From positions 33,482,001 through 33,546,000 of the forward strand of contig NC_087245.1 in the NCBI RefSeq assembly GCF_037042905.1: 64,000 bases of DNA. The letters are read 5' to 3'. The DNA is from Lytechinus pictus. Taxonomy: Eukaryota. Each line of letters starts with the position of its first letter. Within the stretch, counting starts at the first letter, position 1. A program made the translations under genes and the position numbers. The notes beneath the pieces were generated by a model. It saw nothing but the letters and a program-made list of their open reading frames with translations, was not told where the DNA came from and made no database searches. Shown piece by piece: positions 37,328 to 52,100 of this stretch.

Positions 37328-38474
37328 CTAAGAATGTGAATATTTCTTTTGGCAAGATGTCATGGGAACATAAAGGACATTGTCAATCATCCTATCTGTG
37401 TCTGTCAAGTCAGTATTGCCATAGACCCTACTACGAATGGTATTGCCCTGTGAATTTGTATTGATTGGTGCATTGTGTGCAAGGTGGCCATCTCCCAAAT
37501 ATGGACCTTGGTTATCTTGCCCAAGGCTCCTTGGTAGTTCATATTTTTCGAGAGTATGGTAGAAAGGGGTCATATCTTGGCCCATCCCTTCTTTTTCTTG
37601 TTCATGTTTCTTGGGGATGTGGTGTAATCCTTTTGAATCTACTGAGAAAGCTCTGGGAAAATTATTGTTTTCTGGGTCGATATTACTGTCTCTCTGGTTC
37701 ACAAGAAAATGTTTTGGGCCTCGTGAGGATTTTCTAGGAGGCAGAGTTGGCCCTTCGTTGCAGTTAGCAGATGATGGTCTATGTGGCAAAGGGCGAAATT
37801 CCATAGATATTCCTCCAGAAAGCACTGCCTTTGACTGTTCCTGTTCATCAGATGTACCTTGATAATCATGATCAACCATATCCACAGCGGACGGTACTTG
37901 ATAGGCTCCTTCATAACTCGTTGCACTACCACTACCTATTTCCAGTGAGCTAGATATATAGTGGTATGAATTGACATTTTCCAGCATTATGTTTGTCTGT
38001 ACATCATCAGTTGTACCTTCGTATGCGTGATTATAAATCTCCACAGAAGTCGGTTCTTGGTAAGCGGCTTCCAACCTGACAGTATCATCTGACCTATAAT
38101 CAGAGCTAGATGCGTAGTAATGCGGAATTGGGGCACTGGGCGAGGACACATATTGATTATTGCTTCTTGGATAATTCTGATGAGGCAGACGAAATATGTG
38201 ACTTGACATATTATGTCGTGGAAAAGGTGGACCATGTGTATGTAAGGGTTGTTCAGGTGTATTCTCAGGTACTGCCAATGGTATCACAACTCTAGGTGTT
38301 GTTGAGTGGTTTGTGCTGGGATTGGGTGGTCTGTTGCTACTTCGCACTGCGTTGCTCCTGTTTGAATCATCTGTGTTTCTTGCTGAGACTGAAGGGGCTG
38401 CTGTTCCTGGATGGGTTGTGAGAGTTGAGTGTGTGATGTCTGTGTGTCCCTTGCTCTGCTGGAATCTCCATATC
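37328..38474 (-). CDS. Receptor last exon: disordered cytoplasmic tail of about 381 aa with many Tyr motifs
   Basis: atacag acceptor; long ORF containing YQEP, YQVP, YHTL, YELP and the C-terminal MIDNVLY (NxxY). Confidence 0.85.
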
Positions 38475-41400
38475 CTGTATTAAAATAATTGTTGAATAAT
38501 AATTTTTCAAATGTTTTACCATCCTTGCAGTCTTGCCTCTTCTAATATTTTTCTTGGAAACTGAGCATACTAATAAGGAACTCGCTGAATCTTTACAAAT
38601 TATGACGTAAACATCTTTAACACATGTATGTGAACGAGTTCGGCAGGCGTTCTGTTAGCAAAACATGGTATTATTCCATGGTAATGAAACAAAACAAACT
38701 GTAGAAAAGAATCAGGCTCACCAATATAAAAGGCTATATCACTAGTTTCATGCGACATGCTGTGTACTGAGCCTTGGTTTGTGTTAATACATGCACACAC
38801 TATTGTAAGAAGCTCTTACCCAGACAACCTTAAGGTCAGGTCTTGTGAGGATAATTTTCAAGAGGAGATGAAACACCCATGACTATTTTGTTACCATGAT
38901 GCACTGACCACATTTCTTTTACTTGTAGTAAAAAGCTAATTTCATGAGGAATAGTGCGTTAGTTTGCTGTCAGCATACCTTGCAGCCCAAATGAAGGGGG
39001 GGGGGGGTGGGTGGGAAGGCAATTTACCCATCTACTATTTGGAATCTTTGCCCCCTTAAATTTAAAAAAATGAAGGAAAAAATGTATTGTGATTTGTAAA
39101 TAGTGCGACCTTCCCCCATTTTTGCCCTCCACTTCCCCCTAATTTGAACACGGCGATAATTGGACGCCACATGTGGTATCATAGAGAACTGAGGAAGGGG
39201 GGGGGGGGAACAGGTGGAGGAATAACAGGTGGAGGAATGGAGACAGATAATATATATTGGAAGAAGGAAAATAAATTCTGAAACTTTCTGGCAGCTTCAA
39301 TGAATCCAATGCTAAGCCGTTATACTACGCTTTTGACGCTATTGACACCAGCAATAACACGTTATGAAATTTAATAGGCAGAATATGAAAGAGACGATAG
39401 AATAGAAAACAAGGAAATAAATGTTTAAAATGTATGTATCAAGGAGCCGAGGAGTCAGAATATATTAAGGAGAGTTACGTTGTAAAGCGTTTTTGTTGTT
39501 GATTTGTCTGATAATTCTCAATTCTAAATGCAGTTCATGCATTTAGAGCAAATATGATTATCAGCTTTTTTATGGAAGATTGAGCAAGATAAAAGGGTAT
39601 TTATGTCATCTTTAAATACTGCTTTCATGATGAATGCAAGAAAATAAAGGGCATAAAATTAGTAATAATAGTTTGTTGAATGTTACCATTGCATTTATTA
39701 GAAGAGATCGGTAATATTTTGTGATCAGATAATTCATCCAATATTATTATTTGAGGGGATTAAAAATCTGTAGTATCAAAAATTATTTTGACTCCCCTAA
39801 AAAAAACGTATTAAGCCCTTAAAAAGGAGGTCCTGCTTTTTATTTTGGGGAAAAGCATTATAATCATTTCTCTTTAGGCTACCTTGTGGTTGCTGTTCAC
39901 ACATATGTGCATTATTCTGTTTGATTTGGAAAACGATGAAACGTTTTGACTTGGCCATGTGACATATCGTGACTATGATGATATAAAAGAACACATTCCT
40001 ACTCCGATGTCATTCATGAGAATTAAGTATGTAGATTGTGTGAATTCAAATGATTGATGTCGATTGCAATAAATTGATAATCAGACGGTTAGCGTTAATT
40101 TTTTCCAAAAAAAGAATAAAATATGCTACTTACACTCCCAGTCACAATTCCTCGGCCCGCTATCACCCGTCAAAACCCAGAGAACAATGGATTCAGTGGA
40201 CCGAATCCATTGTTCTCCGGCTCCAGGCCAGCCAACAAAGAACCAAAGAACCGTGACTGGTAGTGGATTCACTCGAAGTAGTAGTCCAGGATAGAAGAGG
40301 CCTAACCTTGTTTTTTTATATATACAATATTTTTTTATGGTTTCTTGTCAATTCGAGGGTGCTGATTACGAATCTGGATGATGCCACTCGTGTAGCCTTG
40401 AGCATTTTCCGCAAATTGGCAAAATCCAATATGGCCGCCAAAATATGCAAATTACCCATGAAAATCATAAAATTGTCCACACATTGGCTATGAAATGCAT
40501 GAAATTGTGTGGAAGGAGTGAAATACTCTCTGAAAAAAATATTTTTTGTCAAAATATTTATTATCCCGATCTTCAAAATGGCCGCCAAAAGCCCTTGTAT
40601 ACTCTATTATGTACAATATGAATAGGGAAAACTAATTTTCACATAAATGAGCACTAAAGTGCAAAAATCGTATGAACGAAGTAATATATGCAAATCATCA
40701 TTACTAATGAGATATATCATTTATTATGTCATATATGGGAACATTTCTGTATTTTGATATCTAAAATAGCCGCCACTGGCCCAAACACTATTGCGTACAA
40801 TGGCAATGGGGGCAAAAAAATTCACAAGAGTGATCACTAAAATGCATATTATTAAGATTAAACGAGTGGAATACTGACTAAAAACATAACTGTTAACGAA
40901 ATATATTATTAATATGCCATGTATGTGATGAATGATTTATTTTGATATTCAAAATGGCTGCCAAAGGCCCTAAACGTATTATGCACAATGAGAAAGAGGA
41001 GCAAAGAAATCACAAGAGAGAGCACTAAAATGCATATTATATGTGATAAATTAATGGGATACTGTCTAAAACATATTTTCTAACGAAATATATCATCCAG
41101 GTTTCAAGTTTGTGTTAAATACTGTATTTTGACTTTCAAAATGGCCGCCATAGACATTAACAGTATCATGTACAATGCAAAGTGGGAAACCAATATTCAC
41201 AGAAGTGAGCACCATAAATGCATGTAATAGTGATCTATGAGTAAAATATTGTCTGAAAGCATAATTTCTATTAAGATATATCATTTATTCTGTCAGTTAG
41301 GTGATAAATACTGTTATTGGAAAGTCAAAATGGCCGCTACAGGCCCTTATGGTATTATGCACCATGTGAATGGAAACAAATTATTTCAACAGAATTTGGC

Positions 41401-44400
41401 TTTGCTTGTCCAAATGGTGATGTATGAGTGAAATATTGTCTGAAAACATAATTTATAACAAAAGATATCATATCCTATGTAATTTAGGTGATAAATACTG
41501 TATTTCAACATTCAAAATGGCTGCCATATGCCCTTTTTGTGAACATTATTTGTCTCCACTCAAATTGTATATTTATGGTGGTGGCCATTTTCAATTTAAA
41601 AAATGCAGCATTTATCAACTTAATTACACATGATATGATATATCTCAGTAGAAACCATGGTTTTAGACAATATTTCACCCTTTCACAATTCACAATTCAC
41701 AATTATATGCAATATTTAAAGTCAAGCAAAGCCAAATTCTGTCAAAATTATATGTCCCATGTTACAATGTACAAAATACTTTTAGGACAGATGGCAGCCA
41801 TTTTTTTTTTCAAAGTACAGCATTTATTACCTCCACGACCAATATGTGATATATTCACTTAGAAATCATGTTTAAGACAATATTTTTACTAGTATATCAC
41901 AGTTATATGCAATTTATGATTCTCACTCTTGTGAAAATTAGTTTCTCTATTCGCATTGTACATGATAAATATAGGGCTTATGGCGGCCATTTTGAATGTC
42001 AAAATACAGCATTTATCACATAAATGGTATATAAATGGCAAAGATGTTTTTAGTATTCAACTCGTTTATCTTAAAAATATGCATTTTAGTGCTCAGTCTT
42101 GTCATTTTTGGGTCCAGGCCATTGCCATTGTGCATAATACTCTTTGGGCCAGTGGTAGCTTTTAGATATAAAAATACAGTGTACACAATACTTTTAGGAC
42201 CTATGGCAGCCATTTTGGATTTCAAAGTACAGCATTTATTACCTCCACGACCAATATGTGATGTATTCACGTAGAAATCACGTTTAAGACAATAGTTTTA
42301 CTCGTATATATCACAGTTATATGCATTTTATGATTCTAACTCTTGTGAAAATTAGTTTCTTCATTCGCATTGTACATGGCCTATGGCGGCCATTTTGAAT
42401 GTCAAAATACAGCATTTATCACATAAATGGTATATTAATGGCAATGATGTTTTTAGTCAGTATTCCACTCGTTTATCTTAATGATATGCATTTTAGTGCT
42501 CACTCTTGTCATTTTTTGGGCCCAGGCCATTGCCATTGTACATAATACTCTTTGGGCCAGTCGGGCGGCTTTTAGATATCAAAATACAGCAAGGTCCCAA
42601 TATATGACATAATAAATGATATATCTCGTTAATAATGATGATTTGCATGTATTACTTCGTTCGTACATCGCGATTTTTTGCGGTTTAGTGCTAATTTTTG
42701 TGAAAATAATTTTTTCCTATTCATATTGTACATAATAGAGTATACAAGGGCCTATGGCGGCCATTTTGAATATCAGGAAAATAAATATTTTGTCAAAAAT
42801 TATTTTTTCATAGAGTATTTCACTCCTGCCACACGATTTCATGCATTTCATAGCCAATGTGCGGACAATTTTATGATTTTCATGGGTAATTTGCATATTT
42901 TGGCGGCCATATTGGATTTTGCCAATTTGCGGAAAATGCTCAAGGTTACACGAGTGGCATCATCCAGATTCGTAATCAGCACCCTCGAATTGACAAGAAA
43001 CCATCAAAAAATATTGTATATATAAAAAAACAAGGTTTGGTCAAGTTTCTATGGAGCCTATCCTGGACTATAGTGTTTCGAAGTCACGGCACAACTAACA
43101 CACTCTGGACAAAATGATGATTTGTAATGTAATGATTGTCAGTGCGCAATCAAGATCTTTGAATTGCCAGGCAAATCTAAAATGAATACCCAAAACGAAT
43201 TGAATAACAAAGGAATTGAGATAGAGAGAGATGTAAAGAGAGAGAGAGAGAGAGAGCCTGAGGTGAGGGGGGGGGGGGGGGTGGAGAGAGAAATGCCATT
43301 GCGTTTTTTCTGTCCTGGGGCCCGTAACACAAAACATAGCAATGATTGTAGAACATTTTTCTACGATTGATTCCATTGACTACAATGTACAATCAATCGT
43401 GAAAATCAAGCGTACGATCAATCACTAACCTTTGTGTTATGGGACCCAGGTTGCCTAGAACCTTTGTGACGTAATAAAAAAAAAATCGGCAGTATATTTA
43501 GTTATCCTATTGATTTGTTCTTTGTTGAATATTGGAGGGGCCTTGGGACAATTTTGAAAAAGTGTGGGTGGGGGGGGGGGGGGGGTGGTGGATGGCTATG
43601 TAGAAAAAATACAATCAGATTGCGAATTGTAATTTACAGGGCCCCTGTATTAGGCATTCGCGTTTCAAGATCCGCATCCAGATACCCATATGCATGTTTC
43701 ACACAGCAAAGCATACAGAATACACTACACTCAAACTATTTTCATGATTTTTCTCTAATCAAGCACATATAAGTAAAAGGCTATCATGCACAAAGCAGGC
43801 TGACAAAATGCACTGCAGCATAGGCTACATTCAATATTTCCAAATTCCCATACCTTACCAATTTGCACTCTTCCGGTCTCACCTTTAAAACATGAAAAGG
43901 ACAGTTGTATGGGTGTATGTGATAAACATGGAATGTTAAGAAGTATTTCACAATAAAGTTTGCCATGCTCTTTTAAAATGACTGCTTTCAACTATACATG
44001 AAGATACAAAAAGCATAATCGTGTTGGCGTGATATACGATATATTGAACAATAATTGCAGTACTTCAAACATGGAACAAATATTTATTGTTTATTTATTC
44101 TAGATATTTATACAGGATAAAATAGACCCCCCAAAATAATCAGCAAGGCTATTTGTTTAAAAGTAGATGAAAAGGTGCTGATAGTATACTGAGGGAAACA
44201 TTGTTGGCATTTCACCGAGTAAAAAAAATTGAATGAAAGATTTTTGACCATCCTCGGATGTGGCATGCATAATCATCGTTATGAACGCTTTGATGATAAT
44301 AACTATGTCCCATCACCAAAGTGAATAGTAATACAAAAGTGTGACTGCATGAAGTCAATGGATTGTTATAATAAACTTGAAAAGTTAAAGTTAATGCCGA

Positions 44401-46141
44401 ATGGTCTATATCTAGTTTATGTGTGGTAATTAGGGTCACATTCAATGACATTTCAAAATAGTGAACCAAGGACCAATATAATTAATTTCTATTATTTTCC
44501 AATCGTTTTCTTAAGTCAGCAATAATTTTGTTATTTGGTTTCTTGATTGTTTTCAAATCTCATCGTATTTTGGACCCCCTAACTACTGTGACCATGATGA
44601 CCACCCATGTGTTCAGCGAGGATTGTTTAAAAGGAAACCAAAATTCAAGGAGAGAATCAATCTTATTGGAAAGACTAAAATAGGATAATGATAGGAGCAA
44701 TCTAATATAAGTTTCATTAAAATTGGGTATAAAATAAGAGAGTTTGAAAAGTCTTGGAACACTTTCTATAGGGATCGTCAAACTGGCAGTCATAGATTCC
44801 ATTTTTCTCCATGTGACAACTGATTCAACTTTTACCAGTTATTTAGCTATTTCTTCCACCACAATCATCAATATCATATTCTGTACTGTTGTCGGTTACA
44901 CTTCGTAATTCCGAAGGTTCGTAATTCCGAAGGTTCTTTATTCCGAAGGTTCGTAATTCCGAAATACGTAAATTGCCTATACCTCGATGTTCGTTAATCC
45001 GAAAATGTGAAAGGGTTCGTTAATCCGAACATTTGTGGCGTTATTCCGAAGGTTCGTTATACCGACGGTTCGATAATCCGAAAACGAAATAAAGTTCGAT
45101 GTTCCGAAGCTTCGTTAAACCGAAAACGAAATAAGGTTCGTTGTTCCGAAGGTTCGTTAATCCAAAAACGAAATAAGGTTCGTTGTTCCGAAGGTTCGTT
45201 AGTATGAAAACGAAATTATGTTAGTTAATCATTTCGTTTTCGGACTAACGAACCTTCGGAATTACGAACCTCATTTCGTTTTCGGACTAATGAACCGTCG
45301 GAATTACAAACGTTCGGAAATACAAACCTTCTGAATAACGAACCTTCAGAATATCCGAAGCTTCGGAATTACGAATGTATGCGACTGTTGTCAACCATGT
45401 TTACAAAGTTGAGGGTCCCCATATAAAGTATCACCGAAGTTTTAAAAATTATTTTATAACCAAGTAGTACTAAAACCTAAAGAAAAGAGCTAAAACTACT
45501 TTTATATTGACCCTCTCATTCTACTCTTTCTTTTACATTGATTCTTTCCATTTATGCAGTCGCTTACTTTGGCTCTCAGCACATATTGTGCGATAAATAA
45601 TCCAGGAACTAGCGGTAGGTTTGGAATAAATACAAAGAGAAAGAAAATTTGAATACTTTCAAGTTCTGTTAAAAAAGAATATTTCATTAGGATGTTTATA
45701 AAATGATCATAAAAACATTTGAAATAAATTACATGATACTATTGACTATTATTCAGTCCATTCCCCTTGATTTTTTTCGTATATAAGTAGGAGTCCTTTA
45801 AATACGGATGAAATGATGACTTCTATCATCATTGTCTCCTATGTGTAGTAATTCATTGGAGAAATGATATGTATGATCATGTATTTTTATTTTCGATATC
45901 CATGGTGATTTATTTAAGGCACAACGTATGAATGTATTCTTTCAACGTCAGCCAAAGTGTCAACTGTCATTCCGTCAATAAGCATGAATCGAACGAGCTT
46001 TATCCTGTAGCTTTGATCAAAATCAGATGTATAAATATCTAAAATTTGAAAAAGGGTAAACTTGAGCTAAGTTTGCCAAATGATTAATACAAAATAATAA
46101 CCTAATAGTTGTACATTTTATTTAGGGAACCGAACATGTTG

Positions 46142-46172
<31 letters not shown>

Positions 46173-49100
46173 GGCAATTCCATGAAATTCCATGAAATAA
46201 CCTTTTGTACGCCCGACCTCCATTTTTCTCAAGTCTTGCTACTTCTTATACTGACCAAGTCACGGTCATTTGAAGGCATTACAGACAGTCAAAAGAACCA
46301 TAAATCAGAGACAGAAAATTTCATGAAGGGCCCACACAATAGGGGATCGGACGTACATATTTTATGGAATTGCCTATGGGCATTCAATAAAATCTGAAAT
46401 TTTCCCTATATATAATGTTTAAACACACATTTTACTGGTCCATGCATGTGTGTAATCGCAATTACTGTAACTGTCTGTGGATCAACAAAGAGCTTATTCT
46501 ACCAAACCTTAAACAAGTGGAACGCCTGTGACAGTCTCGCCTGTATTACGCGATTTGATATACCAGCAGTGCTGACTTTAAAAACAGCTATTCAATATTT
46601 ATTCACAAAAGAAAACACTCAAATGATAATAGAATACTTTGTCCATTTACCCAACATGACCTTTGACCAAGATCATGTGACCTCAGACATGTGCAAACAA
46701 TCATTAAATCATCAATGTCTATGTTTCATGAACTACATGCATAGATCCATAAACTTTCTAAGTTGTGATGACAATTCCACAAATACCCCCAACATTATCA
46801 AAGTTCGTTGACCCTAAATGACCTTTGATTTTGATCATGTGACCTGAAACACACAAAAGATATTCAGGGATACATGGTTACTCTAATGTCCCAAGTTTCT
46901 CCGAACTAGATCTATAAACTCTAAAAGTTATGACAATTCCAAAAATACCCCCAATATTATCAAAGTTTATTGACCCTAAATGACCTTTGACCTTGGTCAT
47001 GTGACCGGAAACACGCACAGGATGTTCAGGGATACATATTTGCTCTTATGTTTAAGTTTCATCAACTAGATCCATGAAATTTCAAAGTTATGATGACAAT
47101 TCCACAAATACCCTCAACATGGTCAAAGTTCGTTGACCCTAAGTGACCTTTGACCTCGGTAATGTGACCTGAAACTCAGGCAGGATTATTAGTGATACAC
47201 TATCACCCTTATGTCCAATTTTCATGAACTAGGTCCATATACTTTTTAAGTTATGATATTTCAAAAACTTAACCTTGGTTAAGATTTCGATATTGATTCC
47301 CCCAACATGGTCTAAGTTCACTGACCCTAAATGACTTTTGACCTTGGTCATGTGACCTGAAACTCAGGCAGGATGATCAGTAATACTTGATTACCCTTAT
47401 GTCCAAGTTTCATGAACTAGGTCCATATACTTTTTGAGATGACATTTCAAAAACTTAACCTTGGTTAAGATTTCAATGATGACGACGCCGCCGACGCCAT
47501 CGCCGTCCGAAAAGCGGCGCCTATAGTCTCGCTCTGCTATGCAGGCGAGACAAAAAGGGATAATTCATAAATATTTTTTTGGTTGAAAAATCAAGAAAAA
47601 CTTAAAAGTACAATATTTGTTATATCAAATTTTCAGCGTTATGCATAAAAAGGCCATATTAACCAAATCAACTAAGTCATATGTGGTGTGTGTGTGTGAG
47701 AGAGAAAGGGGGAGTGTGACCTTAACCTTTAAAGGGTAAGATCTTCATTCGTCTTTGAAAGATCACCGAGACTTGTATCACGGCATGAGAGTAAGTTATG
47801 AGTTCGTAATAATACATACCAACAGCACAACAACACTAATGATACCAAGACCACTGGAATGACTGTGGCATAGATTTGTTGACCTCGTCCACCATCTGAA
47901 ACACCTGCAAAGGTAATAATGAATATAATATATAAAGCCTCATCGGAAGCGAAAAGAAAATATTATACACCTAAGGAAGTTTAATAAGGTACAAATTACG
48001 GGAAGGGTCCACGAGGCCGAGGATTTTCTCACCACGCCGATTTTTCTCATATTGCATTTTCTTTTGTCTATGTCAATTGAAGTCTTTGGGATTCGCCTAT
48101 TCAATGTAAGCTAAAATGTACCCTATACCATTCGAATAAGTTATGGTTAAAAACAGCCTAATATTATGTTGGTTTAAGTTACGGGTATGAAAATAGGCCT
48201 AACATTTGCTCCAATTCTCCTACCAAAAAGAACTTTTTATAGATATACACTCTCAATATCTTGGATTAAAGAAGTCTAAATCCATCAGATTTATTTTTGG
48301 TATGAATATCAATTTATCAAAACACTTATCATTGAGATAACTTATTCAGAGATTGACCGGTCATTATCAACAGCCTATCTGCATGGAATAACTTTAAATC
48401 CGTGAATTGATTTAAGTCTAAAATAAATTGTGGGCATAACAAATACATACCTTCTGTTTCCCATATCCCGGATAACAACCAGGAAGAGATCTTTGTTGAA
48501 CCAAAAATGTGTATGGACTTTGCAAAATGAAAAGGCTGTCAAGCGTACATTTCAAATTGCATATCGTTCTTTTATTGAGGGAAAATATGTGGAAACAGTA
48601 AAATTGCTCTTTCATACCAGCTTTCACTCCATCAAAAGCTTTTTGCTGACAACCGCAACCAACAACAATAATATTATAAATATTTCTTATATTAAACATG
48701 TTAAAGCAGAATAAATTAGTAGCTTGTGACTGGTAATTCTAATTCTTGTGAATCATGTTAACGTGCGATAAAATAATTTCCTTCTGTTGCCATTTAAGCA
48801 TCATTTGTGTTTTGTATTATACTGTATAAGAACATCAGTGAAAAAATAATTTCCTTTATGTACAATTAAGTTTAATGCTATTCTTTGTGCAATTTATGTT
48901 AATGGTTCGATGTGATGCGAACCAAATTCAGGCCAAACATACCCCCGCTCTGTAGGCATCTCTCTTTCATACACCCACACACATTACCCACCCTCTTTTA
49001 AATGCATTGCACTTTATACGAGTTTAAATAATTAAAAAATTAATTATTGGGAGCCGTTTAATTTGTAGGTATTAAAATAAATTTGATAATAAAATCGGAT

Positions 49101-52100
49101 TATCCATCTGGGAGTCTATTAGTGAAAGGTGGCTTTCATAACATTACAAATCATAGAATCTCATTGAAAACACATCCGGCTACCTGAAATTGAGCGGTAA
49201 TCACTGATCTGTACAGTGTAACCATGGGCGGCCTCGCAGCGGATAAGAGCGACCAACCCCCTTTCATTTTGTTAATGGGAAAAAAGAATAAGAGAAGATA
49301 CAGGAAGAAGAGAGAGAGAGAAAAATGAGATACTTGGGTTGTGTAACTTAAAGGGATGCTCAATAAATAGAGTAAAATTCACAGAGCAAAATGCTAAAAA
49401 AATTGATCAAAATCTGACAAAAAATAACGAAGTTATTGAATTTCAAAGATATGCCTAGAACTGTTTCACCAGAATAATGCAAGACTTAATGAATATTCAT
49501 TAGGTGGGCTGATGATGTCATATCCTCATTTGTCCTTTTGTATTTTATTATATGAAATTAGGTTTATTCAAGATTTCCCTACCAAGAACTAAAACAATTC
49601 GTTTGACAAATTATTCAGTGCATTAGTTATTTATTGATGTACCCTATTTCTTAATAATGTAGACACGTCATTTACACATTTATGAAAAAATGAATCATTT
49701 ATGATTTCATGTAATAACATAAGAAAAATTAAAGTGGGGATGTGACATCAACCCACTTCATGAAGACATGCCTAGAACTGTTTCACCGGAATAATGCAAA
49801 TTTTTAGAATTCATTAATTTTGTTATTTGTTATCCGATTTTGATGAAATTTTCAGCATTTTGCTGTGTGAATTTTACTCCACTTATTTGGAAATAGATAT
49901 TTTCATCCCGGAGCATCCCTTAATAATAAAATTGAAACAAATTCAGATACATTATACTTTTCGCTCTAACTACAGACCTTTTTTACTTCCTCTCTCGCTA
50001 ATGGCGCTCGTATATTTGAATACGGACTGTTGTGTATTGTTAAAGATAAACAGCATCAAGTGAAACTAGATCTGCATTTTTTATCAGAACGATGTGCATG
50101 CATTGGCGCCTGTGATTAAATAGAGGGCAAGAAACACTCGGAAACAGAGAGAGAAAGCTCTAGATGATGATTTATATATACATGTACTTATTTCAATGGC
50201 AATTCGTGGGTGAAGTAAGGTTTCCGCGTGAAACCGATTACTGCCATCATAGACGTTGTTTTCAAATATGTTGCCGTAGAGTGTGCATTGTATAGTTTGC
50301 CACGTGATCAAATCGGATTACCTCCAAATTTTCTGTTATATTGGTATCAATGGACAGTAAATTTTAATGCGGTGGCATTGCTACCACCTTTATTTGTGCA
50401 CAAGTAATAGATCGGCAGTAAAACGGATATAAAGTAATACATTAAAAATGAAGGGTTTTCGCGATAATTTTAAGCTGACGTCAGCTCTTTGTCTTGACGA
50501 ACGGTTGAGGTATACATTATCCTCATATCTGCCAAGTTTGAAAGGTTTCCCTTCAATAATAAAGAAATACGAGCTAGTTGAAGATTTCTAATATTGTGCA
50601 TTTTTTCGAATGTTGAGATTTTCAGGCGCATTTTTGAGATATTTCGTCAATTGTAAGGCACATATTTTTGTTAAAGTCTTGAAAGGGCATATTTTGAAGA
50701 TGACGCAATATGGACATTTTTAAAACTAGTGGGCGCTATTTATAACAATAGTGGTCACTTATGTGTAAAATACATTTTGATTATGTGGCATGATACCATG
50801 AACAAGCCCTGAAAATATGAGACCGAAATGAATAACTACAAGGAAGTTAGGGCTATTTTACAATTTTCTGACTTTGCATTTAGATATGAACCCTTTCAAG
50901 TAAGTCTATTTGAATTTGAATTTAGAGCATGAAGATGGCATTTTGAAGGACAGGTCATGGTCGCAGATGAAAGACTAACTCTTAAACAATCTACAGCAAT
51001 TTGTTAGGAGCCTTTAGCATGCAGGATAATGGAGATATGGAAGAACGAAGAATGGTATGCAAATGGACTTTGAAAATTACAAAATGGCGCCTGGATGGTC
51101 ATGCATTAATGATTTTGGAAGACTGAATGTCAGGTGCACAACTAGGGGTGCTAGAGACCATGTCTGCCAAATTAGGAGGAATTTGGATGAGGAACGGGGC
51201 CAGAGCCGTAGCCATAAACTCCATGTATTTGATTAATGGGATTTTGGCAGAAAAAGAAGATTGAGGAATAGGAATAATGAACAAAAATAAGGCTTTGTTG
51301 CCATTTGGCGTCAATGCAATGATAAGTCTGACTATACGGCATTGTTTCGCAACGCAAACAGATTAGGGAAGCGAGATGACATAAAAATCGAATAAGCCTA
51401 CTTATCGTATTATGAAATTATAATAATACTAATATCGTTAGAATTTTTTGTTGTTGCGCGTTGCGCTCAATTATTAAATCGAAGACGTGGTATTTTTAGA
51501 CAGAAAAACAATATCCAACACGTTAGTTGTGAATAGGGAATAGAAAAATTCGAGAATTCTTTTACTTGATTTCACCCAATTCATGTTCACATGCGACACT
51601 TATCCTATAAGAGAGAGAGCGTAACACGATTACCATTTTGGTATTGATAAAAATGTGCTCCATGGTGTCTAAAGCATGTTCAATGACAGCAATGTGACAC
51701 ACCACTACTGTTATACGATGTACTCAAAACCAAATCTGATATTCTCCACAAATATTCAGGAGGTTATCATATGCCGATGACATCCAGATTTTTATGACGT
51801 TCATAAATGGATGATACCAAATCAAATCCCGATTTTGGTTTCCGCTTCACAATGCTACACCAGCTGACCTATCCGGTCAGCTACATGTTGAGCATGTTTC
51901 CTCACGAAAGAGAATGATTTAATAATGTATATGAAATGTTCATTTTGTGTGTCAAGTTGTTTAAATTTTAACCGTTTTCATGCAATTTAACTAAGATTTT
52001 ATATTTCTATACTTTGTTGAATTGTAAATAAAACTAATAATGCACTACAGAATGATACAAAAGAATATCGAAATATAGAAAAAAATAAAATTAAATGAAT

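Noticed and set aside
40316..43025. Two near-identical ORFs on opposite strands (40316-40588 and 42678-43025)
   Set aside because: They are mirror translations of the foldback element arms.
44893..45383. Possible CRISPR-like or iteron array
   Set aside because: The repeats invert at the centre and are bounded by TIRs and an 8-bp TSD, so it is a MITE.
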